The notes below the pieces were generated by a model that did no database searches, had not been told where the DNA came from, and saw nothing but the letters and a program-made list of their open reading frames with translations. This document shows, piece after piece, positions 14,507 to 27,658 of a DNA stretch of 64,000 nucleotides. How positions within the stretch are numbered: the first letter of the stretch is position 1; each line of letters starts with the position of its first letter. Position numbers and translations under genes: made by a program. Origin of the DNA: Hypanus sabinus (lineage: Eukaryota); the NCBI RefSeq assembly GCF_030144855.1, contig NC_082731.1:21266001-21330000 (forward strand). Direction: 5' to 3'.

Positions 14507-14712
14507 CAACACAGAAAATTCTGAAGGAACGCAGCAGGTCAATCAGCATCTATGAAAAAGAATCAGCAGTCAATACTTTAGGCGGAGTTCCTTCATCGGG
14601 ACATTTCATATTATTCTGTCTCGATGACAGTTCTCATCCCGATATGTCGATTGTTTACTCTTTTTGGTAGAAGCTGCCTTACCTGCTGAGACCCGCAAAT
14701 ATTTCGTGTGTG
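14507..14712. mobile_element. Two inverted Penelope-like terminal-repeat fragments
   Basis: A minus copy (~14507-14601) and a plus copy (~14615-14712), both similar to the repeat end at 36530-36625. Confidence 0.55.
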
Positions 14713-14789
14713 ATTCGGAAGAAGAAGGCAGCGGAAGAGCACCTAAGGATTTCCAGCGGGAAGACAGTTTGAGCTTTCGGGGGGAATGA

Positions 14790-17700
14790 GTGGACAGACT
14801 GCGCAGGCGCGTGACGTCAGCTAGTTGAGAGCGAAATGTTTAAAAAGAAGGCAGAGAAATCCAGCGGGCAGCGGAATGAGAGTCCGCAGTGTGAAAGGGC
14901 TTTGGCTCCACGGGCTTCGGTGGTAATGGGAAGAGGTGATGCTGTTGTTGATTGCAAAAGTACGTAGTATGTGTGTGAGGCCAGTTTTCTGTGGTCACTG
15001 TCAGATGTGGGATGTCCTGGAGTCTCCCGGCGTCCCGGACAGCCACATCTGCACCTGTTGCATCGAGACTCAATTCCTAAGTGACCATCTTAGGGAAATG
15101 AAGCTGCAGTTCGATGACGTTCCTCTGGTCAGGGAGAGTGAGGAGGTGATAGAGAGGAGATACTAAAAGTTGGTCACTCAGGGGCCACGGGGGACAGAGA
15201 AATTGGTCACAGTCAGGCGAGGGAAGAAGAACAGTCAGGTACTAGAGAGTAATCGTGTGGCTGAATCCCTTGACAATAAGTACTCTTGATTGAGTACTGT
15301 TGGGGGGACAAACCTACCTGGGGGAAGCACCAGTGGCCGTGCCTCTGGCACTGATTATGACACTGTGGTTCAGAAGTGTAGGGAAAGGAAGAGGAAGGCA
15401 GTAGTGGTAGTGGACTGTATAGATGGGGATTAGACAGGCGATTCTGTGGACGCAGGAAAGAAACCCAGATAGTAGGTTGACTCCCAGGTGCCAGTGTCCG
15501 GGATATTTCTGATCGCGTCCAAGATATCCAGCGGTGGGTGGGAGAACAGCCATAGTTAGTGCTACCATAGGTAGGAAAAGGGAAGAAGTCCTGAACGAAG
15601 ACTGCAGGGAGTAAGGAAGGTAGATGTAAATCAGGATCTCAAATATAGTAATCTCCCCATTACTACCTGTGCCGCGCGATAATGAAAATAGGAATAGAAT
15701 GACGTGGAGGATAGATGCGTTGCGAAGGGATTGGAGCAGGGGCAGCAATTCAGTTTTCTGGATCATTGGAACATCTTTTGGGTGTGACCTGTACAAAAAT
15801 GACAGTTGCACTTGAATCCTAAGGAGACCAATACTCTGCCGGTAAGGTTTGATAGATCTGTTGGAGAGGGTTTAAATTAGTTTGACAGGGGGGTGGAGTC
15901 AGAATGTAAGTGCAGGGATTAAGGTAGAAGGACAACTGTATGATGCTAAGAGTTCTGACTTGATGAGGAATGATGGTCCGGGGACATAATTTAATTATAG
16001 CCAGTTAAAGGGGCTGAAATATGTCTATTTCAATGACAGGGGTATTAGGAACAATGAGGATGAATTTAGAGTATGGGTTACTGCGTAGAACTACGATGTT
16101 GTCGCCGTTACTGAAACTTTGTTGGAGGAAGGTCAGGACTGCCTGATGCAGGTCCCGGGGTTCAGGTGTTTTAAAAGAAGTAAGAAGCAGGTACAAAAGA
16201 GGGGGAGTGGCATTTCTGGTCAGGGTTAGTATTAGGGCTACAGAAAGGGAGGACGCTGAAGAAGGAGTGTCCGTCGAGTCAGTCTGGGTGGAAGTCAAAA
16301 ATAATAAGTGATCAATCTGAGTGCAGGGAGTAGTCTATATGACCCTCAAAAACCGTCGGGACACAAAGCAGATAATTAGGCAGATTTTAGAATGGAGCAG
16401 GAAATACAGGGTCGGAGTTATGGGTGATCTCAACTTCATTCAATTTGACTGGCACCTCCTGAGCGTAAGGGGGATAGATGGGGCTGAATTTGTCAGGTGT
16501 ATTCAAGAAGGATTCCTGAAACAGTATGTGGACTGGACGATGAGAGGAGAGGCTATACTGGATTTAGTTCTGGGTATTGAACCTGGTCAGTGACAGACCT
16601 CTTGGTGGGGGAGCACTTTGGTGAGAGTGACCACAGCTCCCTGATCTTCAGCTTACCTATGGAAAGGGATTCAATCGGACGAAATTGTAAAGTGCTTAAC
16701 TTGGGAAGGGCTTACTTTGAAGGGGTGAGGCAGGAACGAGCGACCGTAAATTGAAAACAGATATTCTAAGGGGAAAGCACAGAAGTAATTTGGGAGAAGT
16801 TTACGGACCACTTGAGCTGGGTCCAAGATAGGATTGTCCCACCGAGACAAGGAAAAAAATGGTAGGAAAAGGGAACCGTGGCTGACGAAACATGTGAGGC
16901 AACTCGTCAAGAGGGAAAAGGAAGCATATGTTAGATAGAAGAAGCAGGAGGTAGGAGGGGCTTACGAGAAATATAGGGTATCCAGGCGGGAGCTAAAGAA
17001 ATAGCTTAGGAGAGCTCGAACGGGGCATAAGAACGCCTTGGCATGTAGAATTAAGGATAACCCAACGCGTTAAATCCGTATGTGAAAAATAGGAGCATGA
17101 TGAGAGCGAAGGTGGGACCGCTAAAAGATAAAAAGGGCAACATATGCCTGGAAGCGGAGGAGGTTGGGAAGGTCCTAAATGAAAACTCTTCTTCAGTATT
17201 CACAAGTGTAAAGGAGCTTGATCGGGATGAAGTCGAAGTAGAGCGGGCCTCTGTGCTGGACAATGTGGAGATTAAGAAAAGAAAAGTGCTAGATGTTTTT
17301 TAAAAACATGAAGATTGATAAATACCTAGGGCCGGATATGATACACCCTAGGTTGTTATCGGAATTGAGAGAAGCGATCGCAGGATAATCAGCCATGATC
17401 TTTGAATCCTCTTTGGCTGTAGCGGAAGTGCCGGGGGACTGGTGAATGGCAGATGCAGTTCCCTTGTTGAGAAAATGCAACAGGGAGAAACCTGAAAACT
17501 ATAGACCAGTGAGTCTTACCTCAGTGGTATGCAAACTACTGGAAAGGATTTTTAAGGAGAGGACCGACGAGCATTTGGAGAAGTAAAGTCTACTCATGGA
17601 TAGTCAACATGGCTTTGTGAAGGGAAGATCGTGCCTCACGAGCCTGATTGAGTTTTTTTGAAGAGGTAACAAAAGAAATTGATAAGGGTCGGGCAGTGGA

Positions 17701-18825
17701 TGTCGTCTACATGGAATTTAACAAATCATTTGAAAAGGTCCCTCATGAGGTACTCATCCAGAAAATCATGAAGCATGGGGTAAGTGGAAGCTTGGCTGTT
17801 TGATTTAAAAAAAATAGCTCAAAGGAAGAAAGCAGAGTGTTGTTGTGGAAGGAAAAAAAAATGCCTGGAGGTCGGCGACTAGTGGTGTGCCGCAGGGATC
17901 TGTCCTGGGACCCCTGCTGTTGGTGATTTTTATAAATTACCTGGATGTAGAGGCTGATGGATGGGTGAGTAAGTTTGCGGATGTCACGAAGATTGGATGA
18001 GCTGTGGATGGAGCTGTAGGTTGTCGAAGGTTACATGAGGATATAGACAGGCTGCAGAGTTGGACAGAAAAAAATAGTAGATGGAGTTCAATCCGGACAA
18101 GTGTGAAGTGATATATTTTGGAAGGACACACCAGAAGACAAAGGACGGGAATAATGGTCAGTTCTGTAAGAGTGTGGAGGAACAAAGAGACCTTGGTATT
18201 CAAGTCCGTACATCCCTCAAAGACGCTAGGTTTCACTAACGGGGGGATTGAGATCAAGTGTAGAGAGTTCTCTACAAATCTACAAATTGTGCTCAGTTCT
18301 GGTCACCTCATTATTGGAAGGATGTGAAAGCTATGGAGAAGGTGCAGATGAAATGTTACCTGGTTTGGAGAACAAGTCATATGAAACAAGATTAGCTGAG
18401 CCGGGACTTTACATTTTGGAGCGTGGATAAATGAGAGGGGACCTGATAAAAGTCTACATGATTACGAGAGGCATAGATCTGGTTGATAATCAGTACCTCT
18501 TTCCCAGGGCACCAATAGCAAACACCGGAGGCCATATGTACTGAATTAAAGGAGGGTAGTTTCGGAGGGGCATCAGGCATATTTTTTTTTTACACAGAGC
18601 GTTGTGAGTGCCTGGAATGCCTTGCCAGGTATCGTGGCGGAGGCTAAAAATTTAGGGGTATTTAACAGCCTCTTGGACAGGCGCATGGATGAATGAAAAA
18701 TTGAGGGTTATAGGGTAGTGTGGGTATAGTACTATTTTTAAAGGATTATATGGGTCGGCACAACACGGAGGGCTGAAGGGGCTGCACTGTGTTGTAGTAT
18801 TCTATAGTTATATGGTTCTATGGTG
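14790..18825 (+). mobile_element. Near full-length degraded CR1 LINE (5' UTR, ORF1 zinc finger/esterase, APE, RT, 3' tail)
   Basis: 'CGHCQMWDV...CTCCIETQFL' (14936..15166), ORF1 end 'EGLN*' at 15880, 'VMGDLNF...EAILDLVLG', 'PQGSVLGPLL', and a CTATGGTT-type 3' tail near 18800. Confidence 0.9.
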
Positions 18826-18869
18826 TGCAGCTTGGACTTCCAGTGTCCGCAGTTGTTTTCTTCTTTCAG

Positions 18870-19056
18870 ATATATATTGAAAAATGCCGGAATGGGCCAT
18901 TACCATCAAGAAGGATCCCACCATCCCTGTTGATGGATCGTTCGTCCCCTGCACATTAGAGAATAGGAACATGAGATCCACACCAGGGCAGAACAGCTAG
19001 ACGGAGAGATCATAAGAGCTGGAATCTCTGACCCGAACGAACAGCCGATGCTCCAC
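18870..19056 (+). mobile_element. Rex1/Babar 3' fragment
   Basis: 'IKKDPTIP'-like remnant equivalent to 'IIKDSSHP'; runs into the gap. Confidence 0.4.
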
Positions 19057-19296
19057 NNNNNNNNNNNNNNNNNNNNNNNNNNNNNNNNNNNNNNNNNNNN
19101 NNNNNNNNNNNNNNNNNNNNNNNNNNNNNNNNNNNNNNNNNNNNNNNNNNNNNNNNNNNNNNNNNNNNNNNNNNNNNNNNNNNNNNNNNNNNNNNNNNNN
19201 NNNNNNNNNNNNNNNNNNNNNNNNNNNNNNNNNNNNNNNNNNNNNNNNNNNNNNNNNNNNNNNNNNNNNNNNNNNNNNNNNNNNNNNNNNNNNNNN
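19057..19296. other. Assembly gap (N run)
   Basis: Run of N. Confidence 1.
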
Positions 19297-19516
19297 TGCC
19301 TATATTCGACACACACTCTGAAAAGCCAGCGCACTCACTGACTCACTGGAGCTTTGTTAACTGCGGTGCAGTTACACCACAAAGGAAACTGCCAAACGAA
19401 GGGGAGATAAACTGAAGGAACTGGAGCAGGTTCTCGTGAAGGCGGGAAACCACTTTAAAGACACAGGATACTGATATATCTAGCATACGGGAATCAAAAT
19501 AGATTATACCAATGTG

Positions 19517-19554
19517 AATTTTTGTATGAGGACATAACCAGAATACCCACTGTG
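19517..19554 (-). other. V(D)J recombination signal, CACAGTG - 22 bp - ACAAAAATT
   Basis: Heptamer 19548-19554 directly abuts the V coding end; spacer 19526-19547; nonamer 19517-19525. Confidence 0.9.
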
Positions 19555-19861
19555 CGTTCTAGGGCGCAATAATATACAGCAGAGTCGCTGAGTTGCAGTG
19601 ATGTTATAGTCAAAATAGTGAATTTCCTTTCTGTTTGAAGAATTACATTAAAGCGACTCTGGGCAAAATATGCTTTATCTTCATATCCACCTGAATTTTT
19701 TCTCAGTATGTAGATGAGACTCTGATCTGAGCTTTGCCTGTACCAATACAAGTTGTAGTTGTTCACGGTAGTATCATAGGGGCAAGGGAATGTCACTACC
19801 TCTTCTTCTGTCTTCACTGCTGGGGGCATCGTTTGAATCACAGAATCTCCATGACAAGAAC
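19555..19861 (-). CDS. TRAV/TRDV: TCR alpha/delta V exon, open (V-A1): (G)SCHG DSVIQTMPPAVKTEEEVVTFPCPYDTTVNNYNLYWYRQ...SLQLSDSAVYYCALER
   Basis: Cys23, Trp41 and D-x-A-V-Y-Y-C V-set motifs; TTTTTCAG acceptor; 307 nt; RSS immediately 3'. The alpha/delta assignment comes from motif style, not a database search. Confidence 0.9.
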
Positions 19862-19945
19862 CTGAAAAATAATGTCAAGTAAGCCATTAAATTGCCCTGA
19901 GAAATCATTAAGAGAAAGCTGATGAACAGCCAGCAGCCCATTTAC

Positions 19946-19991
19946 CATTTAAACATACACTGCACGTAATCCAGATGATGAACACGCGCAT
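19946..19991 (-). CDS. Leader exon of V-A1: MRVFIIWITCSVCLN(G)
   Basis: 46-nt hydrophobic exon ending at a phase-1 GTAAAT donor; splices in frame to 19861. Confidence 0.85.
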
Positions 19992-20099
19992 CTCTATAAA
20001 GGACCGATTGGTTGACCTCTACCCTGCCAAATGTCTGTCACAAGAGTTCAGAATGTTCTGATTGTAGTGATAATCGGTGATGGTGTTTTTGATACAACG

Positions 20100-20255
20100 G
20101 GCAGGAAATGATGATCACGCCAATTCGAGAATATCCTCTCACTTCGTGTTCCGCCTATTGCACAGAAGTAACATTTTCGATGTACTAATGGGGCAGGCGG
20201 TTCAAGCGCTTTCATGCCGCTAACGTAAACGGAGCGGTCCGTGGACTCCAAATTA
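20100..20255 (-). promoter_or_regulatory. Putative V-A1 promoter with AATAGGCGG-N10-GAGAGGAT
   Basis: The same motif sits at almost the same distance from the ATG in V-A2. Confidence 0.55.
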
Positions 20256-20554
20256 AGAATCCTCCTTCAAAGACAACACGTCCGCTTCTTCAGAATTAGT
20301 AGGGAAGAAATCATTCCTGGTCCATGATGGCTGAAGCTCAGCACAATCCAGAAGACATCACAAAGGCAAAGAAAATTGTCCGCCTTGAATTATGACTAAT
20401 GCCTGCATCTTTCTTTCTGACCAATTTTGTCCGCACAATATCGAAAATCAACTTCGCAAACTTCTTATTTTGCACGTTGGCCTGTTGTACGTTTTGTTTT
20501 CGTCCGATGCAACACACGTTTAATATTAGCCAGGATAGAAGAGAGATGCACTAT

Positions 20555-22985
20555 TCCGAACATAGACTGGGAAGCCCATACGTAAAGGGACAGAATGGTT
20601 TGGAGTTTGTAAAATGTGTACAGGATAGTTTTTTTACAGCAATACGTAGAGGTACCAACTAGAGAAAGGGCACAATTGGATCTCCTGTTAGGGAATGAGA
20701 TAGGTCAGGTGTCGGAGATATGTGTTTGGGAGTACTTTGGTTCCAGTGATCACAATGCCATTAGTTTCAATATAATTATAGAGAAGGATAGGACTGGAGC
20801 CAGAGTTTAGATGTCTGATTGGAGAAAGGCTAAATTTGAGGAGATGCGAAAGGATTTAGAAGGAATTGATTGGGACATTTGTTTTATGAGAAATTGAGGC
20901 CATTTCAAGGTGAACATTTGAGTGTACAGAATCTTTATGTTCCTGTTAGTTCGAAAGGATAAAAAGTTGGAGAGAACCATGGTTTTACAGGGATATTGGA
21001 AACTTGGTTTGGAAAAAGAGAGATATCTATAATAAATATCTCGAGCATGGAGTAAATCAGGTGCTGGACGAATGTAAAGAATGTAAAAAAATCTTAGGAA
21101 AGAAATTAGGAAAGCTAAAAGAAGATACCAGTTTGTTGTGGCAAGTAAGGTGCAAATAAAGTCAAAGGTTGTCTACAGTTATATTAATAGCAAAAGGATA
21201 GTGAGGGATAAAATTGGTCCCTTGGAGAATCAGAGTGAACAGCTAATTGTGGAGCCAAAGCAGATGGTGGAAATTTTGAACACTTTCTTTTCTTCAGTAT
21301 TCACTCAGTAGAAGAATATTGAATTGTGTGATGTAAGGGAAACAAGTAGGGAATTTAAGGAAACTATGATGATTAAAGACGAGGAAGTCCTGGCGCTTCT
21401 AAGAAATATAAAAGTGGATATGCCTCCGGGTCCTGACAGGATTTTTCCTCGGACCTTAAGGGAAGTTAGAGTAGAAATAGCAGGGGCTCTGACAGAAATA
21501 TTAATAATGCCGTTGGAAGCGATGATGGTACCGGAGATTTGGCGTATAACTCATGTTGTTCCCTCATTCAAAAAAGGGTTGTAAGATTAAACCTAGCAAT
21601 TATGCATAGCCCTTTAAGTTTGACGTCAGTGGTGGGTAAATTAATTGATGTATTCTTAGAGATTGTATATATAATTATCTGGATAAAGAGGTGCTGATTA
21701 GGAACAGTCAACACGAATTTGTCCGTGGAATGTCATGTTTGACAAATCTCATTGAATTTTTTGAAATGGTTATTAAAAAAAGCTGCGTAGGGTATAGCAA
21801 TGGATGTTGTTTATAACGATTTCAGTTAGGCCTTTGATAAGGTTCCACATGGAAGGTTAGGAAGGACTGTTCTATTGTTAGGTATCAATATTGAAGTAGT
21901 AAAAATGATTCAACACTGGCTGTATGGGAGATGCCAGAGAGTAGTAGTGGATAACTGTTTGTTCGGTTGGATGCTGGCGACTAATGGTGTGCCTCAGAGA
22001 TCTGTACTGGGTCGAATGTTATTGTCATATACATTAATGATCTGGATTATGGGTTGGTAAAGTGGATTACTAAGTATGCAGGTGATATTAAGCTGCATGG
22101 TGTTGTGGATAATGAAGTAGGTTTTCATAACTTACAGAGATATTTAGGCCAGTTAGATGAGTGGGCTGAAAAATGGCAGATGAGTTTAATGCTGATAAGT
22201 GAGACGTGCTACATTTTGGTAGGACTAATCAAAATCGGAGAGAAATGGTAAATGATACGGCAATGAAGAATGCAGTAGAACAGAGTGATCTAGGAATAAT
22301 GGTGCATAGTTCAAGGAAGGTGGAATCTTACTTGGATAGTGTGGTGAAGACTGCTTTTGGTATGCTTGCCTTTATTAATTAGAGCATTGAGTATAGAAGT
22401 TGGTATGTAATGCTGAAATTGTACAAGACATTGGTTATGCTAAATTTGGAATATTGTGTGCAGTTCTGCTCAGCGAATGACAGGAAATATGTCAACACAA
22501 TAGAGAGACTACAGAGAAGACTTACTCCAATGTTACCTGGGTTTCAGCACTTAAGATACAGAGAAAGGTTGAATAAGTTAGTTCTTTACTTTTTGGAGCG
22601 TAGAAGGTTGAGGGGGGATTTGATAGAGTTAATTAAAATGATGAGGTGGATAGATAGAGTTGAGGTGGATAGGCATTTATCCATTTTGAGTAGGGGAGAT
22701 TCAAACAAAAGGACATGAGTTGAGAGTTAGGGTCAAACGTTTAGGGGTAACACGAGGTGTGAATTTCGTTACTCAGAGAGTGGTAGCTGTGTAGAACAAG
22801 GTTCCCGTAGAACTGGTAGAGGCAGGTTCGATATTATCATTTACAGTCGGATTGAATAGGTATATGGACAGGAAAGGAATGTAGGGTTAAGGTCTGAGTG
22901 CAGGTCGCTGGGACCACGTGAGGTTAAGCGTCCGGCACGGAATAGAAGGGCCGAGATGGTCTGTTTCCATGCTGTAATTGACATA
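20555..22985 (+). mobile_element. 5'-truncated degraded CR1 LINE
   Basis: 'GSSDHNAISF', 'PGPDRIFPRTL', 'GVPQRSVLG', 'KYAGDIKL', 'LEYCVQFCS...RRRLRGDLIE'. Confidence 0.9.
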
Positions 22986-25830
22986 CAGCTATATGGATAT
23001 ATCTCCTCCTTGACATAAATGTTAATACAGTATTTTGTTTCAATGGCAAAACTGCTCAGTTTACCCCAGATACGCAAATCTTAATGATTGGTAAGATTTG
23101 AAACTTGTTTGCATGTCATTCTAACGAAGAACTCCATGCATAGCTCTCTGAAATTTACATCGTTCATCGGCAGTACAATTCCAAAACCAATTTGCGATAC
23201 ATCTGTATCGGATGTGTTGTGTCAGTAATAGCGGCTAGGACTCATGTGAAAAACAAAATCTCAACTCAATGAGCAAAAATTAAAAATTGAGGCCGGTTTG
23301 CTTACCTGTTGGCTGCATTAAATTCACAACAATTTGTTGGTGTTACACAAAATAAACACAACGTTTTAACTATTTCCGCATCAGTTACATTGGCAAGCAA
23401 CTCGGTGTGCACTGTACTCTTTTTTACTGAAAATTAAGGTGGATTCGTTATTAGATAGCCTGCATTGAAATTTGGCAAATATATTCACACTGGTGATGTA
23501 TATCAGAACAAATGCGCATGTGTGATATGGGCTATTTCGATGAAAGTATTATATCTTGCAGATATTGATTTTCATCGATGATTCGTCTGGCTAGATAGTA
23601 GGGACGTGTATACTTGGCACTGAACAAGAAATTTCGAACAAGTTAGTGAACTTCGGAAATTTAAAAGCAGTTCTGCAGGGGTGAGGGGGTATCGAGAGTT
23701 TTTAAATCAAGGATTATTTGATTATCTTTGGACAGGACCTGATTAATACGAATATGGAGACATAACCTGTAGGTAAATGGGAGTCGTTTCAGAATGAGGC
23801 AGAGAGAGTTCGAGGTCACTGTATGCCAGCCAAGTGGCAATGACAAGACAAGAGAAAACTGGATGTCGATGGGCAATGAGCGTTTTATTTAAATAATAGC
23901 ATGTTTGCAAAAGAATATTGGGCTTCACGTGGAGAGTGCTTACCGAATGAGATTAGGACAGCGAAATCGATTCACAAAATGTTGGTGGCAGCTACGTTAA
24001 AGGAAATCATCAAGTAATATTATAAGAACTTTGACATTTTTTTTTTCTACGGGAAATGAAAATGGACAGCCAGGGACTGCGTGGAGCAGATGAGGGATCA
24101 AATTGCTAACCTTTGTGTTTGGCCTCGGGAAGAAGATAGAGTGTGAAATAAACAGTGCAGTTTTGTGTACATCGATCAGAAAGACATACTTATTGGGAAT
24201 TTCGTTTACGAAAATGACATTCCGCAGAATATCAGCATCTAAAATTAGAAGGATTTAGATGTCTTAGCAGGGATGCAGGTGCATAAATCGTCAGTACACA
24301 TATCGTAGTGCTGGGATTTTATCAGCACTGGTCTGAAATATTTAAATATTGATTAGACTCAAGTGAGGATGCAGGTGACTGGAAGATAACAAGTGCTGGG
24401 GAATTACTCAGAGAGGTAAAAGAAACAAATCAGAAGATCATTTCCTAATATGTCCAACATCAGACAAGGGAGAACATAAGATAACTAAACATACCGTTGA
24501 CTTCAGTGATAATGACGTACTTTACATGAACTTTATTAAAGCCTTTGGTTAGGTCACAAATAAAAGTCTGGGCCAATCAATCAGAGCTGCCAGTCCCAGA
24601 ACGGTTTACTATCATGAGATAACCAGTTATTTTAGCGCATTCCTTTTGTGACCAGTGGCTGGATAAATTGTTGTTTGTCATCTATATGAGCAAACTGTAT
24701 GTGAATGGCCGGAGGGCCCTAATTTACATGTTGGCAAGTGACGGCATTTTTTTTGGGGGTGGGGGGGAAATGTCTTAACAAGTGATATGGATTATATGTT
24801 AACTTGGGCATGACATCAGCCTATTTAATTTAATCCTCCATAAAGACAGCTGATAATATAGCGTCAATTGCAGAATAGAAATTGACAGATTAGACATCTG
24901 GGATTGGCATATTGGATGAGATAGTGAGTGATGGATAGAAGTGTAGATAGAGAGCAAAGTAGGTAGGGAGACCGGAGAAATAGTGACAAATGTGGAGCGA
25001 CAATAGTTCACTCTCATTCACAGCCGAACTATTAAACATTGTGGAGACACAATAAGAAAGTGAAAATAAAAATCGACAGAGTCATCGAAAAAAAGGAAGA
25101 GTGATTGAGAAAGAGATATGCTGGATTTAGATTGAGATGGGTAACGGAAGCGTGACTGTTTTAATTTCCAGAAAATAAAATGAAAATTCTCAATCAAGAG
25201 GAAAGAGTCGAAAAGAGAACATTAATAAAAATCATGATTATGTACCACAGATTGACTCAGTAATGGAAATATGGAATAAAGATTTAAATCGGTTTGGAAA
25301 TGATTGGAGGAAAGACGAAGTAGGTAAAATATGTTAGGGACATATAAGATATTATTTTTCCCCTGTTACCACCATCTGTCGTGGGTGAATTATGATCGAA
25401 ATAAAATTTGCAAATTTGCTGTCTTTCCTTGAGTAAAAAGCCGAAAGGGCAATGTGGAAGCCTGAGATGCAGACATTGACTGATTGCAGCAAATCATTTG
25501 ATATACATGTGACAATGCCAATGGATGACATGGTATAGAATAATCGGACACAACGTCTTTTGGTATACATATGGGTTTGGATCTAGGACAAATGTAAACA
25601 CAAAGAATGTGGTATTTGTATTGACGTTGAATTACTGGTGGAATGCAACAGAGGCCGATACTGTTGTATCAAATACGTATAAACTGTATTAATGACACAG
25701 CCCAAATGGTGCAGTATAATAAAAATTGCTCAAGATACATACACGCGTGTTAAAGAGATGGAGGGATGGGCAGATAGCTAATAATAATGACAGATATGAA
25801 GAGATATAGAAAGGTAGAGAGTTAGAAATA

Positions 25831-26042
25831 NNNNNNNNNNNNNNNNNNNNNNNNNNNNNNNNNNNNNNNNNNNNNNNNNNNNNNNNNNNNNNNNNNNNNN
25901 NNNNNNNNNNNNNNNNNNNNNNNNNNNNNNNNNNNNNNNNNNNNNNNNNNNNNNNNNNNNNNNNNNNNNNNNNNNNNNNNNNNNNNNNNNNNNNNNNNNN
26001 NNNNNNNNNNNNNNNNNNNNNNNNNNNNNNNNNNNNNNNNNN
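25831..26042. other. Assembly gap (N run)
   Basis: Run of N. Confidence 1.
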
Positions 26043-26308
26043 ACATTGTTGAATGAGAAGGGTGCAAGAAGAATTAATGGCTAGGGGAAGAGAATAACAG
26101 ACTTTATTCGGCGTTTAAATTGAATAAAGAAACTAATACGTAGATACAGATAGGTGTGACAATTTACCAATCATTTAACAGCTCTACGTCCTCTGCTGTA
26201 CAGAACTTGAAGTGTACCGCTATTCAGAGATAATTTTCTCATGACGGTCAACTACATTAACATTCTCGAATCTGATGTGCCTCTCGACTGATTATGAAAC
26301 CAGACATA

Positions 26309-26729
26309 ATGTACTCCTTATGTTGCTTCCTGATTTTAGTGGACGTGCAACAGGTCAGTTTTTGTGAAAATAGCTGCTGTATTTGCGTCTCACATGTCCA
26401 TTCAGAGTCCAGAGGGTCTATGCATTCTGTTCTTTTTTGCAGGAACAGTAGGAAAGTCGATGTGACGCAGCACCCTTCAAAATTAACGATTGTTGATCGA
26501 CAGATTCTAAGCATTTACTCTAATTTCACATATGCATTTTGGCACATTCAGCATGGCGAGGAATTACCAACATATTTTCTGGAGATATATAACTCAGGAA
26601 AGATGGAACTTGCTCCGGATTTTCTGCTGATTATTACGTCTAATTTAAAGATAATATCAAAACATCCAATCGAAATATCTCCAATGCCCTGATTTCTGAT
26701 TCTGCTTGTTACCTCTGTGCCAGTAAGTG
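26309..26729 (+). pseudogene. TCR V pseudogene, second family (V-B1)
   Basis: Leader MYSLCCFLILVDVQQ (26309-26353, GT donor); acceptor TTTTTTGCAG at 26442; 'VDVTQHPSKLTI...FWHIQHGEELPTYFLEIY...APDF', then a frameshift and stop, then 'ISNALISDSACYLCASK'. The first Cys position reads TCT (Ser). Confidence 0.85.
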
Positions 26730-26768
26730 CACACTGTTGCAGGGAAGTGGCGAGTACGTACATAATCC
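26730..26768 (+). other. RSS of V-B1, CACACTG - 23 bp - ACATAATCC
   Basis: Heptamer 26730-26736, spacer 26737-26759, nonamer 26760-26768. Confidence 0.8.
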
Positions 26769-27658
26769 ATTTGTCTATGGGTCAGCACAAGATCACTAGA
26801 AGACACAGCTATCTGACAAATAGATGGCTGCTGCAGGAAGCAGAGCGGCTGACGAAATATAACTGAGTGGCCAATATGAAAGATCAGGTTGTACGCAATA
26901 TATGGAGTTGCTGTAACTTGGACCTTCGAAACTTGTTGTAAAAAAGTCGCTGTCTTTTCACTTCCTGATGTTTGAAAATGTTCGCAGTATACAATGTTCT
27001 TGGAATTGGCTCTGATACTTCCATTGTCGTTCAACCAGCGTGTAGCAGTGTTCAAAGGGAGTATAGAGAAGGATTGGCATTTCATATGTAAAATATTCAC
27101 GTTATATAAAAGTGGGAATGAATTACAAAGTAAATGCGAAACTAGAGACAGTATAATTTTAGAATGATGAATTATTCAAGATTTAATCACAGGTTACTTA
27201 CCAGGAAATGTAGAGAGATATAGGGTGATGAAGGGAAAGAAAAAGAGTTGGGTCCGTTATGTCATTTGGAAAGGGAGGTGGATGGAAAGTGCAAACGAAC
27301 TGAGAGAATCTTACTGCAAGGGTCGAGCCGTCTAGCGTGTGTGGACGTGTATGCATGCGCTCATGTGAGAAAGAAAGTGAGGAAGGTATATGTGACAGAG
27401 CGAGACGGACTGGATTATGGCATGCCGACATCTGTTCCCATCTGACCAGATCGGAATAACAAGGCAATCTTGAGGAAGGACATCAATCGGACAAGCAATA
27501 TATGACACTGTACTGATTTCATTCTTTACTAGCAGAAAAGTGATACTAAATTCTTATAGCACTCTGTAATTTGTTTGTTTCCGAAACCAAATACCCGAGT
27601 TCCTTGGTTGCTTACTGATAATTTTGACTATAATGCCGGGTGACACTCGTGAAAATGA

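Noticed and set aside
19339-19345. AP-1 sites (TGACTCA) downstream of both intact V genes (also 61528-61534)
   Set aside because: Different distances and orientations relative to the RSS; a 7-mer match is plausible by chance.
20048-20251. 'YFCAIGGTRSERIF', resembling a rearranged CDR3
   Set aside because: It is a reading of the V-A1 promoter region, with no upstream V framework and no J motif (FGXG).
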